NCBI GenBank assembly: GCA_002633005.1
Contig: NMRA01000122.1
Location: 639,430-703,429 of the forward strand
Length of the DNA: 64,000 bases
Reading direction: 5' to 3'
From: Phoronis australis
Taxonomy: Eukaryota; Animalia; Phoronida
Shown: piece by piece, positions 24,974-38,100 of the stretch
Numbering within the stretch: position 1 is the stretch's first letter
Layout of the letters: each line of letters starts with the position of its first letter
Made by a program: the position numbers and the translations under genes
The notes under the pieces: model-generated
What the model was told of the DNA's origin: nothing
The model's input: the letters and a program-made list of their open reading frames with translations, nothing else
Database searches by the model: none

Positions 24974-26121
24974 ATGAAGATGAAAGTGGATTTTACGTCC
25001 TCACTTGTGATTTTGCTACTTTTCGCCGCTTGTCAAGGTGAGTGTTTGGCTAACACGGTATAACCCCGCTTTTAACACTTTCATTTATCGATAATAAGAG
25101 TGTCAACACTTCAGGTGTTTACCAATGACTGTTGTCGGTGCTAGATTGATAGGTAGGTAGATTCAGTCGTGAGTACACGAGGCTGAGTATGTGAGATTAG
25201 ACGTGAAATCACTGGATAAAATCACAGACAGATTTCTTAGACAGCAATGATTTCATAAAGCCATTCTGACTGTAAAGCAATATAGTTACACCGGCTCTGT
25301 GTTTTTTTTTTGTTGAAAGATTGGGCATGAACCAGTGCTATCAAGTCTAAACTGAATACAAAGAGATTAAGGAAATCCCATAAACTGCCTGGATAACATG
25401 ATCGTTTCCTGTTCACGAACGACTTATTCTTTTCCAAACCTTAACGATTTCTAATTGGCTATAAAAGCTAACTCCTCTGCACCATGAACCAAGATCTCCT
25501 GCGAAAATGCCCCATTTGGTTTTCCGCCGTTACATTCAATGTGGCTGCATACTTCTGCTAAATGGCTTTCCCTAAAAAATCCCATTGTTTACACGTATTG
25601 TATCGCTAGCGGACATCTGATACAGGACATGACGGGTGGTTACAAAAAGTTGTTAAATACAGCATGTAAACTTTGTTAACACTTTCTGAGTCATGCTTAA
25701 CAGAAAGTTTAGAAATCTGCCCCTTTTACTGCTTTCTTCTGGTCTGTTCGCCATAATTAACGTAAATCATGCAGAATAAATAGACAATCTATACCATATT
25801 GTATTGACGATCAAGCCGTTTTCAAGCTGCGAACTGTGACTGGCTTCCTAGTCAGACACATGTCAAGTTGGTTATAAATCATATCTTTTGATGACTAGCT
25901 ACTATAAACACAAAATATTTAAAGCCCGACACAAGTGGCTGTTATAAAGGTCACTTAACATAACTGTCGGTTTTTGCTGCTGCCTGTCCCAGCCCTCGAG
26001 GAAAGAGATACTTAATAAGAAGCACAATTTCCCGCGAGAAATGGAGGAATTTATTGTGTTTTGTGCAAAGAAAATAAATATATTGATTTATTTGTGGTGC
26101 ACAATGGATTCAAACCAATAA

Positions 26122-26168
<47 letters not shown>

Positions 26169-29100
26169 CGTATGTCAAAGGTTGTTGGAAAATTGATGAC
26201 ATGTCACTCCGGTTTGCGATGTGAGGCGCATGGTCATCATGTCTGCTAATACCCAGTACAACACAAAACATGTAACTGAGGGCATCAAATTCATGACCGA
26301 ATCATCGGTGAAATTCACCGAAGCAATTCGTCTATTATCTCGAGTTACTACATTTCTCGGTTATAGTAATTGTAACATTAGTCAACTCCAATCCAAAAGG
26401 TCACATTTCAGTCGATTTTTATGATTTATTTTTTTGCTGCCTGATACAAATTCATTGACCGTGCAAATGAGTCAGAATAAACGCCTACAGTTCAAAAAGC
26501 CATAAGCTGTGCAGTAAAATTATATAGAAGAGATAAAATCGTTGAATTGATGAAGCTCTTCCGCCAGCCTGGAGCCTAGCACAGACCACAAACAATGCAC
26601 AGCGTTGATCACATTAATTTATATTTTGTTTTCACATCACTCGAATTGTGTTGTTTAAGTAAATGTAGGCCAATTTGAAAAATTGATACCAAGACGACAA
26701 CATCAATGGGCTGTACCTGTAGTAGAATTTCAAGATAAACAGGTTCTGAAATTATAGTAATTGTGTATTCATATAAAAGTACAATATTTTAGACAAAAAT
26801 CGGAAGAAAATATTAATTTTCGTGAAATAAAGGTCATCACCCTTTTATAAACGACCTCATAATCCCAAAACACGACCACGATTGAAAGACAACAACAAAG
26901 TATTGACTTAAAAACCCACGGATCAACATGACGAGCATGAAGTATACAATCAATACATAAGAATACATTTACATACAGTAGATGTGTAGTATGGCCTGGT
27001 TAGTTATGACGTCAGAAATCGCAAGGATAGATGGGGAAACATGACCGGTTGATCTCGGCTGTTGGTATGGGGGTGAGCTTACGTAATCAAATTATTGGTT
27101 GCAGAAAATCTGGTGAACACTACTGCAAAATTATCCAAATTAAAAACATGACAGCTGAGAATGTCATTCCGTGCAACATTCAGGCCTGATTGAGTTGATT
27201 TGAAACTAGTAAACTGTATGGCAACGAACAGATTAGACTATGTATAGTCCGTTAAAATAAAAGCATGATAATGCATTAAAAACAGAGTTTGGAATTCCGA
27301 TCCAAGAAATTTCGTATTTTATGTCCGTCTTATTTTGTGGTATCCAATTTATTTTGAAAAGTGAGATATTTTGTAATTCAAAAATTTTCGTGTCGACATA
27401 AACTTTGGTTGTTACTTGATTCTTATTTAGGAGTAGTATTAAGAAATCACGTGGCACGTGGATCGGTCTTCCACGTCTACATGTTATAAATCAGTTCAAT
27501 AGCAGACAGCTAGTAGCTGTGGTTTTATTTCGACAACTGGCTGGATGTGTTGTAACTATTTATTTCTGGCAATAAATGTTACGCAAGGTGCAATATTTTC
27601 GTCTGGTTCGTCGACGCCGTGATTGCTGTCGCCTCTCAGGTGAAACGAGGTATTGTGTCGCTAACAATCACCGTTATGGTGCTGCCGGCAGGGCATTTAC
27701 GTACCTGGAATCATTTCATCTCCAAAGAGTGTAACCGTAGGCCATTGACGGACATAAGGAACCCTGTCGCAGTTGTTTTCTTAAGTGCAGTCATTAGCTT
27801 AAAATCAAAAGATGTAGATCCGTACATGTATTTAATTAAGTTTCGTGACATAATTTGATGCCTCTAATTACAGTTTTCGAACGATATTTGCGATTTAGGC
27901 GCATAGGGACTCCCTAAGCTAATGCACCAGTTGAGATATTGCCTTGGTAATAAATTCGCTATACTCTTTTAAAGCCCAACATAACCTGAACTTCTAGCAA
28001 AGAATTTGTGAATTCTAATATTCTCACTTAGTCTACTCATACTCAGTGGGATTCCAGGTAAATGTGTACCGCGTAGCACCCTGGAACTGGAAGGTTTTAC
28101 CTCTCTTAGCTACTTTTGGTAGGATGATTATAACGGGCTTGCTGAACTTAAACATTCATTCAGCAACCTAACCTCAATCTAGACGAAACCTGTTCTGAAG
28201 ACCATCAAAATTTGCTCGCCCGTGGACACTGGTCAGTAAATGTGTATTCTGTCTACAGTATTCGCTATCTCATCCTCAATACATTGCCTCCATTGAAAGG
28301 GTAAACGTTTAGAGTGATGAAGGATTGATTGATCAATCGCGGTAACCACTAAAGTCGGGAGAGCTTTTGTGTTGCTGAAAACGGCGATCAAACAAACTGT
28401 TGTTGTTACGCAGGCAAATGCAGACAGTACAGTCAGCAAACCGCCAACAGACTCACTTAATTTAGGAAGAATACGAGCTAATATTCACAACACGTTCCTG
28501 GTTCATTAACGATGATTTTCCTCGGTGACTAATAAGGCCCTGTAGTGATGGATCACTGTACAGTGTTATTACGAACCCATGGTATTGCAGGCACCTTAGT
28601 GTGGACAGAGTTAGAAAAAGAGCAAAATTTACTTAAAGTGGCTATAAACGCGCCTTTCATCGCAAAAACATCTTTTTTTTGATTTAGACCATTTACCGGC
28701 ATGAAATTCGTCTCAATAATTGTCCCTTCCGTCAAATTGGAAATATCAGGAATTCGAAAGTACTGGCGGTAAATCGTTATTTGAGACCAAACTCTACAAG
28801 TTGGCCTGTCAAGCCAGGTCATTTTATACTCTAAGCATAGTCTGTATCAACGAGCTGTCAGCTCTTTGCAAACTGAGAAATCAATTCTCATGTAAAAACA
28901 AATCGAGACCAACTTTATTGCGGTTCGCTGCTTGGACGGGACGTGGGTTTATCTGGCGCTTTAAGAATTGTGCATATTTAAATGAAACTCTTGTTCTTGG
29001 TTATTTCCACTCACGTGCTTCTGTCTAATGAAGTAACGAGACACGAAACCTAGGCCCCCACTTACACGACTAATTACTACCAGTTCTTCCAGTTTTCTTT

Positions 29101-32100
29101 AATGACTGATTTACACGAATAAGAACGTATTACGGGATTTCAGGCTTACAAATATGCTATCTCATTCTGGCTGCATGGGAACTGGATGTTTAGTTTGTAC
29201 AAGTGCTAAGGTCACGCTATTGAATGGAGATTTAGCTGGCACGAAACATGTCATTACGAGCGAACTTGCGCTATTGTATAATCCTACCTCGAAAATCCTA
29301 CCTCGAGGCACTGTGAATATAATCTTGGGAATTTCTGATTAAACTAGGGTACAATGCGATTTCAGTATGGTATTGTCCAGTGGATTGAGTGAACGCCGTG
29401 TTTTAAGTATCAGCATTGGGCAAGGGGGATCGCGGCACCAGGGTATTTTGAACACAAAAAGAAAGAACATTACGTAACACGGGCTATCGGAGGGATTCTA
29501 CGAAAATATTATTTTTGTTCACAGCATCTCAATCGTCCCAGATTAAATTGTGGGATGAGCTAGGTCTAGTTGAAGTCCATTACACGTGACGCAGAGAACA
29601 TGTCAATCTGACTGGGTTGCCGTTGGTATCAAACAGGTATTTAAGCCTCACTTGTCTCTGAATAGGAAAATGCCTAATTCGGAAAATCATGAAAAAGCAA
29701 ACTGTATTAATAAACATAGAAGCTTTGAAATTCATCGAAAGAAATGTTAAAATAACACAAAGCGAACAAAAGTTGGTTAGAGCTGTGGCGACACGTAAAA
29801 ACACATAAAGCTAATAACATAACAAATAATTGTGTTAAGCGGGCAAGCTTTTATGTTTTTTATTATTTCAACATGCGGTCGAATGTAAATATTTCGTTAA
29901 CACGTGTTTGTCATGTCTGAGTTTGATCTGAAGTGAGCGCACGCGGATTTGATGGTAGGCAGCGGAATGTTGTTTCTAACCCCCCTCACTTCAACATGAG
30001 AAAGGTGTAAGTTCCACGGAGAGGGAGGGACTGGTTTCGATTCCTAATTAACGTGATAGACGTAAAACGCTGTTTGGTGAAAACTGTAGAGTTGCGCACT
30101 GGCGGATTTATTGTTTTACAAGACACGACAATGTACAAAGGACAGACGTTTACGATAGCCCCCAAAACATAAACCTTCGCCGACGTTTGTTTTTTCTCAT
30201 AGCCGGAGGCGGTGTTGTAGGCACCCTGTCCACACTAAATCCGCTTGTGTGCTACACGTTTCTTTTCGTACCTGACAAGAATAACGAATGTGGGAATGAA
30301 GCCTAAAGAGATGAAACAAATTTGTCATTCCCAATGGCATGTTTCCTCTCGAGAGGTGGCTTTTGAACTCACCCAGAATTCTTCCTGACCGTATCAGGCT
30401 CAAACAAGCTAGGCTCTGTTTCAAATCTCCAACTCAGTTCTTGAGATTGCCCACAGACATCTCAGCTGGTAGAATTATGTTAAGATTAGTTTCCTAACCA
30501 ACTGCAGATTATGGCGTGTTTGAAGTTGAGTTTTCCTGCGCTCAAGTCTAACATAACAGTAACGATATCGCTTTTTCGCCTTAATTGAGAACCGAGTTGA
30601 AAGGAAAAGTGTACACGTTTTTATCGCTGAGAAACAAGGGAAGATTCTCCTATAGAAGAACTAAGTAATAATAACTTGACATTTCTTGTTATAAGCACTC
30701 TTCGCTGCTGTTTTTTATTATTGTTAAAGAAGCGATTGGAATCACTTTTTGTTATTGTTTAACTAAAAATTACTGAAAGTGCAACATAAACAGCGTGAGA
30801 TTATCTTGAATAACAAAAAATTGGCCACGAATTATTGCGTTATTCGCTTCGTGTCCATTAAAATCCCCATTAATGTCATTCAATCCAAATTAATCCTGCG
30901 ATGTATGCAGATAATACAAAAATTGTATTACTCTCAAGACTCAATGCCGAATTACATATGGAATCGTCTCAACGCTGACTCGTTAATTTAGTATATAAGA
31001 ATCGCCGACTGATTGCCCAGTAGTCAATCACTGTTCTTGACCATATTTGTGAGATAATTACAAGAAGCTTATCCAAAATCCATACTTTCTTTCTGGCCAC
31101 ACAGGATTAAATGCACATTTCGACATGCGAACAGATAGTCGTATTGATTTACAGATCACTGATCCGATGAATTATTTATTGAAGTTTTCTCGAGTCTTGA
31201 TAAATTAGTAGGGAATGAACCCTAATACAACGACCCCTTGTCATCGCAAAGTAATCTCGATTTCACTCACGAAGCACTTTTTGCAATAAGTTTAGGAAAA
31301 TGGGAGCATCAACAAAATTTCATATTTTGAAGAATTTTTTATAAATTTACTAAAATTAATATCTATACGACTATTATTGCTGGAAAATTTTGAATTAAAC
31401 CCAGTGTTGCAAACGCCTTTGCATAGACTGTCATTGTATTTATTTTTTAAAGTAGTCCCCAAACTTAGTGCATTTACATGTAAAAATAGACAATGTCAAA
31501 GCAACATTCATGGAAAAGCTTCTCAGAGCGCATTACATAGTTTAACTAACAGAAAATACCAACTATGAGCGAAAACATTATGAAAAGGAGTCTAATTATT
31601 CAACTCCAAGAAAACATAATTTTGTTTTTGTGTTTGGGTACAGTTAACGAATTGGAGAGAACACGATCCGTTGTACCGTGTGTGCTGTGATAGTTTGGAA
31701 AATTTACAATGAAGTTGTTCTTTTTTTCTGTAAAAAACAATTCTTTATGAGAAACCTGTTTTCTTTTCACGAACATCTGTTGGAAGAAATTAACTAATAT
31801 GTAATATAACTTTTTAATCACTTTATCATGGCGCATCGTTGCAGCATAATTGCATCGGCTAAATAAATCGGCATTGTTGAAGCGATTAACGCCTTCAGAT
31901 TACTGTATTTTGATATTGCAGACAAAATAAAATAACTTCGGCTACTGCCTTCGCCCTATGGGGTCGAGTATCCATCTTGTTAAAACTCATTTGTTTTTCT
32001 TTGCGATAACAAACCGACACCGTTAAAAGCCCTAGCTGTGACTCATACAGAACAATAGGTTTGCAGAAAGACGCCCTCTTGAACATGTGGATATTTTGGA

Positions 32101-35100
32101 ATGCTGTCCTCTTTGAGGAATTTTATTGCGCTATATTTTTTAACAAACGCTCGTTCTGACATTCATCTATCGCTTAGTTAGTGTGTTTTTTACAGAACGT
32201 GGTCGTAAGCTATAAAACAATAATTTGTCTTTTTGTCTGAAATAAGGATCTAAATATTTAGTAACGCCACCCAAAACACTCGCAGATGTGAACGATTTGA
32301 ACCGGGTTAATTTTTTGCGACAAGAAACATTCAGCTCAAGTAGAATTCATATTGTAAATTTGGATTGCTGGCTTTTTCACTGTCCTGAAATACGTGGTTG
32401 GACATTCTTGTTGTGCATTATATACCAAATCTCGTGTATACAACAGTGTGTTTGATAGCTTTATTACGTTCATTACATCTGTGTTGCAAAAACGAAAGGA
32501 AATCTCTTTTTTTACAAAAAGTAAATAGTGTATAAACACACACTCAGATTTTAGATAAAAACAACATTGTTCTTGGTAATAGAATGAGACGCTATTTTAT
32601 TTTTTTCTGAACTCGCACCTCCGGCTACAAGTGATCACTTATTTATTGCAAGAATAGTTTCATTTTCCTAGCGTGTTTTTATAATTGGCTACTAGCTCGC
32701 CTGGAGAACCATCAGATATTCCCTGGTGATGTAGCCTCTGTTCTGAAGCTTGAGTCGGCGGCGACTAATTCCGTCTCACGAATTCCGTCTAATTAGCCAA
32801 TAGGTGCGCTGACCTGACATATGTTTCCAGTTAGCTTAAAACAGCTATTTGCTTGAATCTTGAGAGACTGAGTCAGGAAACGCCAAAAGAGACATTGATA
32901 ACTCGCGTGTCTGTGTTTGGTTAATATTAGAAATCTATTTAATTTATTTCTTGCCTGGCTTTGTGTCAGATTCAGCGCGTTGTTTTGACACACAGTTGGC
33001 AGTGAATCAATCGACGAAGCATTAGTGCAATAGCGCATTACGATATGTTTGTCCCATTTCTAAAGTGGTCTCGCAGCAACTCTAGTTGAAAGATGTTGAC
33101 AGTATGCACCCTGAACCTCGTCAGCTAAATCTGTTGAGAAAGGCTGACAGGATGGCTTCGAAAGTTGCAAACCCCATGCAATAATTGTTATTGAGGCCCG
33201 CTTTGCTATCGTGTGCAGGCGTTATAACAGTGCATGCATTCGTCACGGGCATTCTGTTTTACCTTACTTGAGACTTGATTTTGTCTGCTTGATTAAACTC
33301 GGCGAGGGCTCCTGTTCTTGATTTTAAATAAATGTGCCCTACAAAGGTCTCTAACATTAGGGCTTCGAATTACCCAAACAAAAGTCGAAATTCAATGGAT
33401 TCTGTTTTATTTGCCTTTTCAATAAAAAATGAATGGACACAAAAGCGCACTCGCACCATTGGACGAGCTTCGTGTGCGAAAGATCGGGTGTCCTCGAATG
33501 GGGTTTGTTTAGACAGAAAATATCAAATAGTTCTTTGTCAATAAAACAAACCGCACTGTTTCTTCAAAACTCCTTCAAGTGATTTGTTAAACACCTGCCT
33601 ATTTCGTGACCTCTCCTGGTTTACTACAAATGAGAATTGTTGTGTGTGTTTGGAACCGATAAACTGTTAATCACAAATTGGAATTTTTTGGGGGGTATTC
33701 CCGTCATTTGGTGTACGCTAGCATAATCTGACCCCGTATCAATATTCCACGAGTAAATCATTCAAGATGTTGCATTCGAAACGACGAGGCCCTTTCTCTA
33801 TCCTTGTTATGTAACGCAGAATCCGACAGAATTACCGGGGAACGACATTCAGTGTTTTGTGCGCCTGTCTGCCAGTGCCTTTCCTCAGTGACGAGCAATA
33901 TCAGTGCGATACTGGTTTGAATTGAAAGTCCAATGTCCCGGAAGCTGTAAACAAACTTAACCGCGCAAATGCCCTGAACATTTGTGCCGTCTCTTTCGCA
34001 AGTGATCTATCTGGTTTTGGTGAGAGAGTGAATCCAAATGGCTTACGAAAATGTTATGACTAAATGGTGATGAAAGACATGTTAAGCTATCATCTGTGCG
34101 GTATGGTTATGATGCGGGTGGCGCATTCCGCTTATTTACATGTATACGGGTACAGTGGACGACATGATGAGTAATTAACCACTCACTCGCACGGTTTAGT
34201 CACAAAGGAAAGTTTTTAAAGTTTGTAATGGACACCAGCTAAGAGTTTGGGGAAATAACCCTTCGCGAGTAATGTTGGATTTAAGCTATCGTAGAGTTGT
34301 ATCATGTCGCACGTCTTATGGCGGAATATGCAGTGTCGTAAAAGTAGGACAACCTTACTGGGGGTAGAGGCGCAAGTGAGCCACATGGTAACCATGCTAC
34401 CCTGATCATTGCAAATCATTTATAACTGTCATATGATGAGCGTCTTCGCTCAGTGAATCCGTCACGTCTCATGGCCCCCGGTTGTTAGCGCTTGTGTCTG
34501 ATTACGTAGGTGTGTGCAGGCCCTGGGCTAAGTTCCATAGACACAAGACACTGGCGATGCACATGCAGTGAGAACTCCTCACTAATGGAACGGAAACTGT
34601 GAATTCTATACACTAATTGAACATTCCAACTTCACCAATCAATTACTTCAGTGGCCACCATTTTGTTAAGGTACGCCATATAGCAAGGTCCGGAGTATAC
34701 TCGCGAAACATAACCCTTTCATTCTCGTAATTTGTGTGATCTTATTTATCGGGAGTTTCTTCTGTCTACGTAACGCACTCCTTAGAAACACTCTATGATA
34801 TGTTTCTCCACAGAAGTAGAGTTCTGTGCTTTCTCGTAGGTCAAATCGGTGGTTCTCTATTCAGTCGTGCATTACATATGATTATGTAGCTGTAAGCGTT
34901 TCAGTCAGAAACAACACACCACTTTTCCCAATTGATATCAGGGAATAATAAACAAGTTCCGTTCGCTTCTGTCGTCAAGATAACAACGACATTCAAGTTG
35001 TACAATGGAACGAACCCAGATGTCGACAACACTTTCCTTTATTGCATCGTTGCACCTGGATTGGCATTCAGATCATTCAGGTGTGTATGAGAAGAAACAC

Positions 35101-38100
35101 ACCGAAATGAGATGTAAGTAAATAGCATTGCCGCGATCATTTCATGTCGTCCAAAATGATGTATGCACTGAGCCTAATGCACGCTAATTGTATTGGGAGT
35201 AAATGCATTAAATTTTAATGGCAAGTCCACCTGCGTGTGAGTTTTTCGAAATAAATACAAACGCACAATGGAAATGGTGTTACGTGGCCGTTCGATTATA
35301 GATAAAATAACAAATAGATATATCTGAATCACCAAACGAGTGTTTCAAAGTTATCTTTAAATGCTACTGTTCGTGTTAAAAGTGGAAAAGTCTTCTCTCA
35401 GTGTTTTACTTTACCAAATCAGACTACAGGATACTCGAAATCGAAATTGGTACTGACATTTAATTAAAAGACTAATTATGAAAATGGATATCGTGACCCG
35501 GGGCAGAGACACCCCTGGGCACCGTTACTTGGCTATTATCAGCCATCTTATGCTCGGCGTGAGCGAGGAAGGTTGCATTACACAAACACGTAGTGTGTGG
35601 ATACCCGAGTTATATTTAAGTCTGTGTTCGCTTACTTGTCGGTCAGTAGGTACGGTGGCCACCCCCTGTTACTTGAAAACCTAGTTTGCACAATAAAACA
35701 AGTGACAAGTAAAGAATTTGAAGTGACACACAAACCGTCGTATAATGACGAGTAAATATGCTAAGTTTTGCTCATGCATGGGAAGTTGATGTTTTCAGCC
35801 TGTGCCGTTGTGCAACCCAATTCGGGGCACAAAATTTATCGATTTTTAGAAAATAACACTGTCAGGACGGTTAATTAGTTGTTCAATTCAAAATCAACAA
35901 ACGTCTTATTCAAAAACTGAGAAATTAAAGATTGAGCCGGGGACCCAATATTTGAGAACTGTAGATCAAAGGATTAATCGGCATTTGAGTCACAATTTTG
36001 AACAAGTTGAGGAAATATTTGCGTTCAGCGATTTCGACACGGGGATATTTCCTATAGACTTCCCTTTGTTGACACATTTAACTCTCTGACGAACAATACA
36101 TAGTTTACAGCCGGGTATTCTCTGGCAAACATTTCTCTCACATGTGTAAACACTAAATAAACTCGTGTAATTAAATACGAATCACAGATCAAACAAACTA
36201 CTATTTGATTCTCCTGTCTTAGGTAACACTGGACTGTCTGTCGAGCCTCGCATCCATGTCCGAGCATATAGACTGGTCACGTCTTGTGGTCATCGATTAA
36301 AATAGCTGCATAGTTGAATTCTTGTGAGGTGCGTGCATACAACAGACCTAAAATTCTTGTTTGCGTCATTTGAAATCCCCTAACACCGGACCGCTTGCAT
36401 CATGAGTTGTATAAACGGTCGTCAGATGGCGTTCCATTTACACGACGTAGCAATTAAAAGATACGCCGGTATACTTGGTGTAAAGATTGGAAACAAAGGG
36501 AAACTTCACTTGGGATGCTTTCCTCGTTTCTGGAGAGAAAAGTGAAAAGTGAGATAACACAATATCACTCGAATGAAATGCAAGTGTTTCGCGATGAGAC
36601 CGTATAGCAAAATGGTCGCCATTGAAGAGATTGGTTGGCGAGACTGGCATTTTGAATAACTGTAGAAATTTCAGCGTATCAGTTCTGGAAGCGTGATGGG
36701 AGTATCATGGAACGCAGCCCTGATATTGTACCAACGCGCTAGCGAACCAGTGAAAGCAACACAACACGTTTATTTTTAACTTTTAGTAGTTTTAAGGCGC
36801 AGCAATTACATCTATTGCGCCACCCGTAAGCCCACTGAGGGGTGAATAGAAAACGTTTAGATCTTCGTCAGTACACTGTGTCGGGACAGCTTCGTGGTTG
36901 GTGTTGATAGCCCCTCTGGTCATTAGGCCTTTTACATGATTGCTGTCTTACTCTCGTTTGATGAAGGTTGATTTGGATGACCAATACACGTATGTAACTG
37001 GACACTGTCACACCGACATGTTCGAGATGAAAGCTTCACAACGAAAGACATATGACAGAAACAAAAGGCAAATAGACGCGATTCCTTGTTATGCGCAAAG
37101 CAATGAAACCAAAAACCAGATTAGAATACGCTTAAAATATTGTTTCTTGGTTTGACAAACTGACACACCATATTTTTATGTTTTTCAGACGACTGTCTTC
37201 CCTGAAGATTTAATGTCTCCAGAATTTTATAGAAAATTCGATTTGCTCGAAATGAAAATTAAAATGAAGCTTCCTAGTCACATTCGTCTTCAATACACGT
37301 TTGACATCGTTACTAATGAAATCAGAGGACTCACGGACCTCGTAATAGAATATGTACGACATTTTGAAAAGGGCTAAATTATGTCTAAATTCATTTAGCT
37401 CAATTCATTAATTTGTGCACGGATCGATACAGTGTGCAGAAGGGACGCCTTAGTTTAAGTCTGGTTAATCACTTTTCAAGCAATTTACTGAACATGACAG
37501 TGACATGGTCCATGTACTACATGTGCTCACACCAGCATGCCACATTATGTGGTTGTAAATCATTTTTGAAACAAATTTGTACATATTACATACCTAATTG
37601 AAGCTAATCAGATATCACAGAACGACGCTTCTTTGGCTCATTTCAAAAACTATCTATGCAACAACTATCCATTGGAGACAAAAAGAATAGGGTTTGTGTC
37701 AATTTGTGTGACCTAACACCAGTAATTCGCGAGTCAACGGAGTGGCGCACGCGGCGGCGTCACGTGCTTCGTTTGCAACACATGACAATATCTCGCGGAA
37801 ACTAACGTGATCTCACCACATTCGGATAAAACTAGCCCTCAGAGGCTCTAGCGCCCGCCAACGTGGAAACGTTCAGCAATACACTCTCTATGAACACTAA
37901 TTTGAAAACATTATACATTTTGTACAGTTTTTGCGCCATTTTGAACACACTTGCGCTTGCGCTTCGGCACCGTTTCTTTCCATTCAACACGATTGTCTTT
38001 GCCTTTCACATCCTTCGCAACATCAGAGTTCCGTCAAGCAATGGTTAAAAGGAGTGTCGTGCTTTGTCAACTGTAGGAGTTTAATTTCCTGACCCTCGAG

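Noticed and set aside
26061-26249. ORF with ERERER run
   Set aside because: Product of the (AG)n microsatellite.
37189-37215. Frameshifted duplicate of DUF exon 2 (DC.FPEDL vs DSCTFPQQW)
   Set aside because: Similarity is limited to a few residues and the rest lacks the GxW and Cys pattern.
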